The notes under the pieces: model-generated | What the model saw: only the letters and a program-made list of their open reading frames with translations | What the model was told of the DNA's origin: nothing | Databases searched by the model: none | NCBI GenBank assembly: GCA_965199105.1 | Contig: CBDAQO010000002.1 | Location: forward strand, 2,672,302-2,736,301 | DNA from: Acetobacteraceae bacterium | GTDB lineage: Bacteria > Pseudomonadota > Alphaproteobacteria > Acetobacterales > Acetobacteraceae | Reading direction: 5' to 3' | Length of the DNA stretch: 64,000 nucleotides | Program-made: the position numbers and the translations under genes | Shown here: positions 1 to 8,884 of the stretch, piece after piece | Position numbering within the stretch: the stretch's first letter is position 1 | How the letters are laid out: each line of letters begins with the position of its first letter

Positions 1-300
1 ACCGAGGGCGTGCTGGCGGCGGGCGGCAGCGCCGGCCAGTCGGTTCGGTTCAGCCTCATCCCGCAGCTCCTGCCCGTGGTGTTGAGCCAATTGCTGTACT
101 ATTTCGAAAGCAATACGCGCGAGGCGTCGGTGCTGGGCATCGTCGGCGCCGGCGGGATCGGGCTGCCGCTGTCGGAGATGATCCGCACCGACGAGTGGCA
201 GCAGGTGTCATTCATCGTGCTGCTGCTGCTGGCGGCAGTGGCGGTGATCGACTGGGGCTCGAGCCGTCTGCGTCTGGCGCTGATCGGGCGGCGGCGGTAG
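1..300 (+). CDS. phnE: Phosphonate ABC transporter permease PhnE, C-terminal part (gene runs off the left edge)
   Basis: Frame 1 is open from nt 1. The translation ...LIPQLLPVVLSQLLYYFESNTREASVLGIVGAGGIGLPLSEMIR... matches the conserved C-terminal core of PhnE-type permeases. Stop at 298-300. Confidence 0.7.
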   Translation, partial: TEGVLAAGGSAGQSVRFSLIPQLLPVVLSQLLYYFESNTREASVLGIVGAGGIGLPLSEMIRTDEWQQVSFIVLLLLAAVAVIDWGSSRLRLALIGRRR

Positions 301-310
301 AGCGACACGG

Positions 311-1381
311 ATGCGCATGACCCTTTACTTCGCCGGCCTGCTGGCTGCCGTGGCCGCGTTGCCGGTGCCGGCCGAGGCGGCGAGCTACCCGGCGCCGCAG
401 CAGGCGGATTGGGTCGCCCGCGACTTCCACTTCCATACTGGCGAGCTGATGCCGGTGCTGCGGCTCCACTACACCACCGTCGGTGACCCGGCGGGCGAGC
501 CGGTGCTGATCCTGCACGGCACCGCCGGGTCTGGCAGCGCGATGCTGACGCCGGCCTTTGCCGGCGCGCTGTTCGGCCCTGGGCAGCCGCTGGATGCGGC
601 GAAATACTACATCATCCTGCCGGACGCGATCGGCGCCGGCCAGTCGTCCCGGCCGTCCGAGGGGTTGCGGGCGCATTTCCCGCGCTACGACTACGACGAC
701 ATGGTGCAAGCCGACCACCGGCTGCTGACCGAGGGCCTCGGCATCCACCATCTCCGCCTGGTGCTGGGCCATTCGATGGGCGGGATGCTGACCTGGGACT
801 GGGCCGAGGCCTATCCGGGCTTCATGGACGCGCTGGTGCCGATGGCGTCGCAGCCGACCGCGATGGCCAGCCGCAACTGGATGATGCGCCGCATGCTGAT
901 CGAGTCGATCCGGCAGGACCCGGCGTATCACGGGGGTGACTACACCACGCAGCCGCCATCCTTGCGGCTAGCCAGCGTGATGTTCGGCATCGCCACCAGC
1001 GGCGGCACGCTGGGCTGGCAATCCCAGGCGGCGACGCATGCCGAGGCGGACCATCTGGTGGACGCGATGCTGGGCGCGCCGCCGCCGCCGGACGCCAACG
1101 ATTTTATCTACCAGTGGGACGCGTCACGCGATTACGACGCGGCGCCGGGTCTGTCCCGCATCAGCGCGCCGCTGCTGGCGATCAACGCCGCCGACGACGA
1201 GCGCAACCCGCCGGAGACGGGCGTGATGGCGCAGGCGATGCAGCAGGTCCCGGGTGGTCGGCTCAACCTGATCCCCGCCAGCGCCGAGACCCGCGGTCAC
1301 GCCACCACGGCGATGGCGACGTTCTATGCCGAAGCGCTACGGCAATTCATCGCGGCGGCGCCCCACCGCGACCACCGTTAG
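311..1381 (+). CDS. Exported alpha/beta-fold hydrolase (MetX/homoserine-acetyltransferase-like branch)
   Basis: 356-aa ORF with a signal-like N-terminus (MRMTLYFAGLLAAVAALPVPAEA) and the nucleophile elbow GHSMGG. Overall resemblance to MetX-like hydrolases. Confidence 0.7.
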   Translation: MRMTLYFAGLLAAVAALPVPAEAASYPAPQQADWVARDFHFHTGELMPVLRLHYTTVGDPAGEPVLILHGTAGSGSAMLTPAFAGALFGPGQPLDAAKYYIILPDAIGAGQSSRPSEGLRAHFPRYDYDDMVQADHRLLTEGLGIHHLRLVLGHSMGGMLTWDWAEAYPGFMDALVPMASQPTAMASRNWMMRRMLIESIRQDPAYHGGDYTTQPPSLRLASVMFGIATSGGTLGWQSQAATHAEADHLVDAMLGAPPPPDANDFIYQWDASRDYDAAPGLSRISAPLLAINAADDERNPPETGVMAQAMQQVPGGRLNLIPASAETRGHATTAMATFYAEALRQFIAAAPHRDHR

Positions 1382-1399
1382 GCGATGTTGACCGAGCGG

Positions 1400-1927
1400 C
1401 TAGGCCTTCTTGCGGCTTACCACGCGGCGCTTGCCCGATGCGGGTGCGGCGGCCTTTAGCGTTTGGCAGGACCCCATCTCGGCCGGCACCAGGTCCTTCC
1501 CGGCGGCGTATTGCGGCAGCTCGGTGGGGGCGGGCAGCGCCATCACCTCGTCGAACACCAGCTTGTTGCGCGGGCAGAAATCGCTGCCCTGGTGCTGGCC
1601 CTGTTCGCCCTGCTCGTTGGCCAGCAGGGTGATGTAGCTGTCGTATTCCTTCTGCGCCGCGCGGCCGTATTCACGCTTGAACCAGGCGTTCACCACGCCG
1701 TCCTCGCGCACCAGCTCGCTGCGGTAGCGCACGACGAAGCTGTTGTAGGCGTCTTCGTCGCTGCAGCCGACCGCCAGCACCGACAGCTCGCTCTTGAGCG
1801 CACCCACTTCGAACGCGGACTGGTCGGCGCCCGACGAACAGCGCACCTGGGCTTGTGCCGCATTGGCGGCGACCAGGCCGAAGCAGGCAACGAGGCTGGG
1901 GACGAGACGGCGGGACGTAAGGCTCAT
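1400..1927 (-). CDS. Hypothetical exported protein
   Basis: 175-aa ORF with a hydrophobic N-terminus ending AAQAQ and a basic C-terminal tail. Its start overlaps the stop of the upstream gene (ATGA). No family recognised. Confidence 0.5.
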   Translation of the reverse strand: MSLTSRRLVPSLVACFGLVAANAAQAQVRCSSGADQSAFEVGALKSELSVLAVGCSDEDAYNSFVVRYRSELVREDGVVNAWFKREYGRAAQKEYDSYITLLANEQGEQGQHQGSDFCPRNKLVFDEVMALPAPTELPQYAAGKDLVPAEMGSCQTLKAAAPASGKRRVVSRKKA

Positions 1928-2433
1928 TTCACTACTCCTTTGGTGGCCAGTGGCTTGCTGGTAGTGACGGGTGGCGTGCTGGTAGTGACGGGTGGCGTGC
2001 TGGCCGAGGTGGCGCCGGCGGGCTGGACGGTGACGGCGAGGATGGCGTTGCCCGGGACGAGCTCGACCGTGAAGCTGTCGGCGACCGGGGCAGCGTCGGG
2101 CGTGTAGTCCACCCTGGTGTCGTCGCCCACGGTGTGGATGAACACGCGCCCCTTCTCGGCGCGGCGCTGCACCAGGCCGGCGCCGTAGGGCTTGCCGTCA
2201 TCGGCCACGGTCAGCCCGCACCAGCCAGCGCCGCCGGTGGTGATGGTGGCCGTCACGGTCTTGCCGCCCTCGGGCTGCACCGGGGAGGCGGTGCAGACTG
2301 CCGCCTTGCCTTGCAGGTCGGCCGCGTAGACGCGGGCACGCGATTGCGGAAGGAGCGAGGCGGTCTGCGTGCAACCCCCAGCGAGGCCGGCCAGGAGCGC
2401 CAAGGTCAAGGCGCCCGTTTTGGGGATCATCAC
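1924..2433 (-). CDS. Hypothetical lipoprotein-like exported protein with Thr/Pro-rich tail
   Basis: 169-aa ORF. N-terminus MMIPKTGALTLALLAGLAGGC is lipoprotein-signal-like (not a perfect lipobox). The C-terminus carries a duplicated STPPVTT. Confidence 0.5.
   Translation of the reverse strand: MMIPKTGALTLALLAGLAGGCTQTASLLPQSRARVYAADLQGKAAVCTASPVQPEGGKTVTATITTGGAGWCGLTVADDGKPYGAGLVQRRAEKGRVFIHTVGDDTRVDYTPDAAPVADSFTVELVPGNAILAVTVQPAGATSASTPPVTTSTPPVTTSKPLATKGVVK
1960..2001. repeat. Exact 21-nt tandem duplication (2 copies) inside CDS 1924..2433
   Basis: ggtagtgacgggtggcgtgct occurs twice back to back, in frame, encoding STPPVTT x2 on the minus strand. Confidence 0.9.
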
Positions 2434-2546
2434 TCAGCGGACTCCATGTCAAAAGCGCCCAGATACCCCCGGCGCCCGAGTCGCGCGCGCCGACGCCGGG
2501 GTATTAGCGCAGCCGGCAGCGGCTGCAAACTGCATCTGCAAACTGT

Positions 2547-2574
2547 TTGACTTGTGGCGCGGCGCCGCTATAAC
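2547..2574 (+). promoter_or_regulatory. Candidate sigma70-type promoter for rplU-rpmA
   Basis: TTGACT (2547-2552), a 16-nt spacer, then TATAAC (2569-2574), about 75 nt upstream of the rplU start. A GC hairpin (ccgctcggcagcgg) follows in the leader. Confidence 0.4.
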
Positions 2575-2648
2575 CCGCCGCTCGGCAGCGGGGTATCCTG
2601 GCTGCCTGAACGCGCTTGCGCGGCTCGCATAGGTTAGGATTTGCTTGG

Positions 2649-3062
2649 ATGTTCGCAGTCATCCGCACCGGCGGAAAGCAGTATCGCGTCACACCTGAAC
2701 TGGTGCTGAAGGTGGAGAAGCTGGAGGCCGCGCCCGGCAGCACCATCACGTTCACCGACGTGCTGGCGATCGGCGGGGACGCTGGGTTGGCAATCGGCGC
2801 TCCGGTGGTGGCCGGCGCGTCGGTCACCGCGACCGTCGTCGCGCAGGACCGGCTGGACAAGGTGATCATCTTCAAGAAGCGTCGCCGGCAGAACAGCCGC
2901 CGCAAGAACGGGCACCGCCAGCACGTGACGGTGTTGCGCATCGCCGGCATCGAGGGGGCGGGCATGACCAGCGCCATCACCCACGATGCGGCGGCCGCAC
3001 CGAATGGCGAGGCGACCGGAGCCGAGCCCGAGGCCACCACCGACGACACCAACGCCGCTTGA
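2649..3062 (+). CDS. rplU: 50S ribosomal protein L21, with a C-terminal acidic/Ala-rich extension
   Basis: [14 protein letters not shown]... is the canonical L21 N-terminus. The track ORF (2616) starts 11 codons earlier, so the internal ATG at 2649 is preferred. Confidence 0.9.
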   Translation: MFAVIRTGGKQYRVTPELVLKVEKLEAAPGSTITFTDVLAIGGDAGLAIGAPVVAGASVTATVVAQDRLDKVIIFKKRRRQNSRRKNGHRQHVTVLRIAGIEGAGMTSAITHDAAAAPNGEATGAEPEATTDDTNAA

Positions 3063-3079
3063 GATAGGGGCACCACGAC

Positions 3080-3358
3080 ATGGCACACAAGAAAGCAGGC
3101 GGCTCGTCCCGCAACGGGCGTGACACCGAGGGCAGGCGCCTCGGCGTCAAGAAGTTCGGCGGCGAGGCCGTCATCGCCGGCAACATCATCATCCGCCAGC
3201 GTGGCACCAAGGTGAAGCCCGGGCTGAACGTGGGCGTCGGCAAGGACCATACGCTGTTCGCGCTGACCGACGGGCACGTGGTGTTCACCCGCCGCGCTGA
3301 GGGCCGGGTGCATGTGTCGGTGAGCACGCCGGCCGAAATGCCCGCCGCCGCCGAATAG
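3080..3358 (+). CDS. rpmA: 50S ribosomal protein L27
   Basis: [29 protein letters not shown]... is the canonical L27 sequence, and the gene sits directly after rplU. Confidence 0.95.
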   Translation: MAHKKAGGSSRNGRDTEGRRLGVKKFGGEAVIAGNIIIRQRGTKVKPGLNVGVGKDHTLFALTDGHVVFTRRAEGRVHVSVSTPAEMPAAAE

Positions 3359-4441
<1,083 letters not shown>

Positions 4442-4470
4442 CGCGTTTGCTGCCCCCCGTGGAGCGGGCT

Positions 4471-4566
4471 CCCTCTCCTTCTGGGAGAGGGTCGGGGTGA
4501 GGGGCCATGTTGGGCACATTGGACGGGCGTGATCCCCTCACCCAAGCCTCTCCCAAAGGGAGAGGG
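4471..4566. repeat. REP/MITE-like compound palindromic element between obg and proB
   Basis: Left arm ccctctccttctgggagagggtcggggtgagggg (4471-4504). Right arm cccctcacccaagcctctcccaaagggagaggg (4534-4566) is its imperfect reverse complement. Each arm also contains its own small hairpin (ccctctcc..gggagaggg). Confidence 0.75.
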
Positions 4567-4605
4567 CTTTTAGGGGCTGATCCAGAGGAACGGGGCTTTT
4601 GCGGG

Positions 4606-5745
4606 TTGGCTGGCGCGAAGCTGCTCGTCGTCAAGATTGGCAGCGCGCTGGTGGCGGACGGGGGGGAGCCGCGGGTCGCCTGGCTGGACAGCGTGGCGGC
4701 GGACGTGGCGGCGGCGCGGCAGCGCGGCACGGCGGTGATCCTGGTGTCCTCGGGCGCCATCGCGCTCGCCCGCCACAGCCTCGGGCTGCACCAGCCGCGC
4801 CTGCGCCTGGAGGAGAAACAGGCGGCCGCCGCAGTGGGGCAAATCCGCCTGGCGCAGGCCTGGGCCACGGCGCTCTCGGCGCATGGGCTGACCGCGGCGC
4901 AGCTTCTGCTCACCTTGGACGACACTGAGCATCGCCGCCGCTACCTCAACGCGCGCGCGACGCTCACCACGCTGCTGGCGCTCGGCTGCGTGCCCGTGAT
5001 CAACGAGAACGACACCGTCGCCACCGCCGAAATCCGCTTCGGTGACAACGACCGGCTCGCCGCCCGGGTGGCCGAGATGGTGCAGGCGGACCGGCTGCTG
5101 CTGCTGTCCGACATCGACGGGCTCTACACCGCCGACCCGCGCACCGACCCGGCGGCGCAGCACATCCCGCTGGTGCCGCAGCTCACACCGGCGATCGAGG
5201 CGATGGGCGGGGAGCCGCCGCCGGGCTACTCGTCGGGCGGCATGCGCACCAAGCTGGCGGCCGCGCGCATCGCCACCCAAGCCGGTTGCGCGATGGCGAT
5301 CGCCCGCGGCAACCCGCCGCACCCGATCGCCGCGGTGCTGGCCGGCGCGCGCTGCACCTGGTTCCTGCCGGCGCCCGAGCTTGCCGACGCCGGCGGCCGC
5401 TCCGCCCGCAAGCGCTGGATCGCCGGCAGCTTGGCCGCATTGGGGACGCTTACGGTGGACCCGGGCGCTGCCAGGGCGCTGCTGACGGGGCGCTCGCTGC
5501 TGCCGGCTGGCGTGCGCCAGGTGGCCGGCGCGTTCGACCGGGGTGACCCGGTGGATGTGTGCGACCCGGCGGGCGCGGTGCTGGCGCGGGGACTGTGCGC
5601 CTACTCGGCCGAGGACATGCGGCGCATCGCCGGGCATCGCTCGGAGCAGATCGAGGCCCTGCTCGGCTGGCGCGGCCGCGACGAGGCCATCCACCGCGAC
5701 GACCTGGTCGTGTTCGCGGCAGAGGCGGCTGGCAACCCCGCCTAG
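4606..5745 (+). CDS. proB: Glutamate 5-kinase
   Basis: ...AKLLVVKIGSALV..., the aspartokinase-type body and a C-terminal PUA-like region. Conserved position after obg. The track start (ATG 4507) lies inside the palindromic element, so the in-frame TTG at 4606 gives a typical ProB N-terminus. Confidence 0.8.
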   Translation: MAGAKLLVVKIGSALVADGGEPRVAWLDSVAADVAAARQRGTAVILVSSGAIALARHSLGLHQPRLRLEEKQAAAAVGQIRLAQAWATALSAHGLTAAQLLLTLDDTEHRRRYLNARATLTTLLALGCVPVINENDTVATAEIRFGDNDRLAARVAEMVQADRLLLLSDIDGLYTADPRTDPAAQHIPLVPQLTPAIEAMGGEPPPGYSSGGMRTKLAAARIATQAGCAMAIARGNPPHPIAAVLAGARCTWFLPAPELADAGGRSARKRWIAGSLAALGTLTVDPGAARALLTGRSLLPAGVRQVAGAFDRGDPVDVCDPAGAVLARGLCAYSAEDMRRIAGHRSEQIEALLGWRGRDEAIHRDDLVVFAAEAAGNPA

Positions 5746-6143
5746 AACTGTGCCAGCACGGCACCGACCATCAGCATCTGCACAAAGTTCGCCACCACCG
5801 ACACGCGGTGACCGCGGTCGAAGCGCTGCTTGGCTGCGGCGTCTCCGGCTTGCGCCGCGTCGCTCCAGCGGTTGATGCGCGGCATCAGCCATTGCCGCAG
5901 CCAGAGGGTGAGCGCCGCGACCACGATCAGGGTCAGGCCGGGCCAATGCGGGATCAGCGCGCAGCCGGCGAGCGCGGCGTTGATCAGCACGAACAGGTAG
6001 TAGACCGGGAACACCGCGCGGATGAATGGCCCGGCTTGCGGCCCCGGCAAGCGGGTGAACACCAGCGGCGCCATGATGGCGGCGAAGAACACCATGCCGC
6101 CGAGCAGCACGGCGGTGATGAACAGGGGCAACCAAGTCGTCAT
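5742..6143 (-). CDS. DUF4149 (TMEM205-like) membrane protein
   Basis: Internal start MTTWLPLFITAVLLGGMVFFAAIMAPLVF... Four hydrophobic segments. Family call is from memory. Confidence 0.55.
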   Translation of the reverse strand: MTTWLPLFITAVLLGGMVFFAAIMAPLVFTRLPGPQAGPFIRAVFPVYYLFVLINAALAGCALIPHWPGLTLIVVAALTLWLRQWLMPRINRWSDAAQAGDAAAKQRFDRGHRVSVVANFVQMLMVGAVLAQF

Positions 6144-6212
6144 AGCGTGATGATGGTCCCGCGCGCCCAAGCCGCAAGCGCGGCGTTTGGTCCTGCGCAT
6201 AGTGGAGATGGA

Positions 6213-6692
6213 ATGATGCTGCGAACCGCTTTCCTGCTGGGCCTGGTCGCCGGGTCGCGCACCATGACGCCGTTGGCCGCCGTGTCGATGGCGGCGCAGG
6301 GCGGGCGCTTGCCGCTGCAGGGCACGCCGTTGGGCATCCTGGCGACACCGCAGGCGGCCACCACCCTGGCGATGCTCGCGGCGGGCGAGTTCGCGAGCGA
6401 CAAGCTACCGGGCATGGGCAGCCGGACGACGCCGTTCCAGTTCACCGGCCGGCTCACCAGCGGGGCGGTGTGCGGGGCGGCGGTGGGGTTGCCGCGCAAC
6501 GCGCCCGCGGGAATGGCCGCCGGGGTCGCGGGTGCGGCGCTCGGCACGCTGGTGACGGCCCTGGCCCGCTCCGGCCTGGCCAAGCGGCTGGGCGCGGACC
6601 TGCCCGCCGCGCTGCTGGAGGACGCCGCGGTGGTGGGCAGTGCCGCGCTGCTGTCGCAGGTGGCGCTCAGGTCGCGCCGGCAGTCGGCTTAG
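6213..6692 (+). CDS. DUF4126-like membrane protein
   Basis: MMLRTAFLLGLVAGSRTMTPLAAVSMAA... is a Gly/Ala-rich multi-TM protein. The start is taken at the ATG ATG within the long artefactual ORF 5559..6692. Confidence 0.55.
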   Translation: MMLRTAFLLGLVAGSRTMTPLAAVSMAAQGGRLPLQGTPLGILATPQAATTLAMLAAGEFASDKLPGMGSRTTPFQFTGRLTSGAVCGAAVGLPRNAPAGMAAGVAGAALGTLVTALARSGLAKRLGADLPAALLEDAAVVGSAALLSQVALRSRRQSA

Positions 6693-7923
6693 GCTCGCCC
6701 GACCCAGGCACCGGGCTGCTTGCGGGCAAGGCGCGCCAGGTCCAGGCCAGGCTGCCCAGCAGCATTCCCCCGGTCACCAGGAACACCCAGCGCAGCCCGA
6801 ACGCCGCCGCCACGGCGCCACCGGTGAGTGGGCCGAGCGAGCTGCCGAGGAAGCTGGCGGAGGCGGTCAGCCCCAGCACGGCGCCACGTTGCGCCGGTGG
6901 GGCGCTGCGGGCGATCAGCGCGTTGGCGGTTGGCAGGATGCCGCCCACGAACATCCCGACCCCGAACCGCTCGGCGACGAACACCCAATAGCTATGGGTG
7001 AACGCCTGCGGCAGGCTGAACAGGGCCGCGCCGAACAGGCTGATCAGCAAGACCCGGCGGTAGCCCAGCACGTCGCTGCGCTTGCCCAGGAAGGGCGAGG
7101 ACACGACGTCCGCCAGGCCGGTCACCGAGAAGGCGATGCCGCCCAGGGTGGCCAGGTTGCCCGCGTGGCCCACCAGCGACTGCACGTAGAGCGTCACCAC
7201 CGGCTGCACCGAGCGCACGCCGAGCTGGGCCAGCAGCAGCACGACGAACAGCGGCAGCAACCCGGCGGCGACCAGGGGGCGCAGGCCGGCCAGCCGGGGG
7301 CCGCGCTGGCCCGCCGGGTCCCGCCGGGGCGGGGCTTCGCGCACCAGCAACGCCGCTGCGATGGTCACGCTGGTGGCAATCGCGCTGGTGACGAAGAACG
7401 GCGCGCGGTTGCTGCCGGACCAGTCGGCGACCATGCCGCCCAAAAGCGGCCCCATCAGCCCGCCCACCAGTTGCCCGGTGCTGAGCCAGCCCAGCGCGTA
7501 GCCGAGGCGGTTGTCCGGCGTCTGGCTGCTGACCAGGGTGATGGCGCTGGCGGAGAAGCCGGAGAACGCGCCCATCACCACGCGCAGGGCGAAGAACTGC
7601 CAGACCGTGCGGGAGAGGCCCATCAGCGCGGTGAACAGGCTGATTGCGGCCATCGAGCGCAGCAGCATCGGCTTGCGTCCCTTGCGGTCTCCGAGGCGGC
7701 CCCAGAGCGGCGAGGTAAACGCGGCCATGAACGGCGTGGCGGCGTTGAGCACCCCCGTCCACAGGTCGATTGAGGCGCGGCCATGCACGCCGAGCTGCGG
7801 CAGGAACAGCGGCATGATCGGGCTGAGTACGGTGAAGGACAGGGTCATGAAGAACTGGACCCCGACCATCACCCAGAGCGCGCGGGCCTGGTCGGGCGGG
7901 GCCGTCGCTTCGGTGGGGTCCAT
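6667..7923 (-). CDS. MFS transporter (DHA1 drug/H+ antiporter-like)
   Basis: 418 aa with 12 predicted hydrophobic spans. The MFS loop motif GRLGDRKGRKPMLL lies between TM2 and TM3. Confidence 0.8.
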   Translation of the reverse strand: MDPTEATAPPDQARALWVMVGVQFFMTLSFTVLSPIMPLFLPQLGVHGRASIDLWTGVLNAATPFMAAFTSPLWGRLGDRKGRKPMLLRSMAAISLFTALMGLSRTVWQFFALRVVMGAFSGFSASAITLVSSQTPDNRLGYALGWLSTGQLVGGLMGPLLGGMVADWSGSNRAPFFVTSAIATSVTIAAALLVREAPPRRDPAGQRGPRLAGLRPLVAAGLLPLFVVLLLAQLGVRSVQPVVTLYVQSLVGHAGNLATLGGIAFSVTGLADVVSSPFLGKRSDVLGYRRVLLISLFGAALFSLPQAFTHSYWVFVAERFGVGMFVGGILPTANALIARSAPPAQRGAVLGLTASASFLGSSLGPLTGGAVAAAFGLRWVFLVTGGMLLGSLAWTWRALPASSPVPGSGEPKPTAGAT

Positions 7924-7975
7924 GCAAGCGGTGATACCCGCCAGCGCTGGGTCCGGACAGGGGGTCGGGCTGGCG

Positions 7976-8680
7976 TCAGGCAGCGGTGAGGATGGCGTCC
8001 ACCCAGGCGGGCACGATTTCGGACGCGACGCCGTAATACTGCTCGTCGAAGGCGTGCGCGTTCTCGGACGGCTCGAGGTTGAGCTCGCAGGTGCGGACCC
8101 CGGCGTCGCGCGCCTGCATGACGAGGCCGGCGGCGGGATACACCGAGCCCGAGGTGCCGATGGCGACGAACAGGTCGGCGGTGGGGATGGCGCTGCTGAC
8201 CTCGGTGACGCCGAACGGGATTTCGCCGAACCAGACCACGTGCGGCCGCAGTGCCGGAGCGGCGCGGCAGGCGGTGCAGGCGACCTCGGCGCCGAGGTCC
8301 TCGCGCCAGGGGATGACGGCGTTGCAGTGCAGGCAGCGCGCCTTCAGCAACTCGCCGTGGATGTGCAGCACCGCTGGCGACCCGGCCTGTTCGTGCAGGT
8401 CGTCGACGTTCTGCGTCACCAACTGCAGCTCGCCGCCAGCCGCTTGCAACCCGATGGCGAGCCGCGCCAGGGCGAGGTGGGCGGCGTTGGGCTTGGCCAG
8501 CAGCAGGTCGCGGCGGCGGGCATTGTAGAACGCCTGCACGATGTCCGGATCACGCGCGAACGCCTCGGGGGTGGCGAGCCGGCGCGGGTCGAAACGCTGC
8601 CACAGCCCGTCCTTGTCGCGGAATGTTCCGAGGCCGCTCTCTGCGGAGATGCCCGCGCCGGTCAGCGCAATGATCTTCAA
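7976..8680 (-). CDS. cobB: NAD-dependent protein deacylase (Sir2 family, CobB)
   Basis: (L/M)KIIALTGAGISAESGLGTFRD..., QNVDDLHEQAG, HGEL, and a Zn-ribbon CLHC...CTAC. The upstream part of the 396-aa track ORF is non-homologous, so the in-frame TTG at 8680 is proposed as the start. Confidence 0.85.
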   Translation of the reverse strand: MKIIALTGAGISAESGLGTFRDKDGLWQRFDPRRLATPEAFARDPDIVQAFYNARRRDLLLAKPNAAHLALARLAIGLQAAGGELQLVTQNVDDLHEQAGSPAVLHIHGELLKARCLHCNAVIPWREDLGAEVACTACRAAPALRPHVVWFGEIPFGVTEVSSAIPTADLFVAIGTSGSVYPAAGLVMQARDAGVRTCELNLEPSENAHAFDEQYYGVASEIVPAWVDAILTAA

Positions 8681-8884
8681 GGAGAGATGCTCGCCATGGT
8701 CGGATGCTACACCCAGCGCGCCGCCGCCGCCCAGGGGCGAGGGGGCAAGATTTTCGCCGCGACCGTCTGCCGCCCGGAGGCGATCGTGCCGCGCTGGCCA
8801 CAGTATGTGGAATGTTTCGTGCCCGGCGCTGCCGGCGGTTCTCACGCCAAGGGCCGCCTGGCATCCTGTCGCCTGGAGGATGCG

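Noticed and set aside
7511-8884. The first ~458 codons of the 2286-aa track ORF (7511..14371), as part of the giant gene.
   Set aside because: This stretch is antisense to two well-supported genes (MFS 6667-7923, cobB 7976-8680) and has Arg/Gly/Ala-rich off-frame composition. A signal peptide follows the ATG at 8885.
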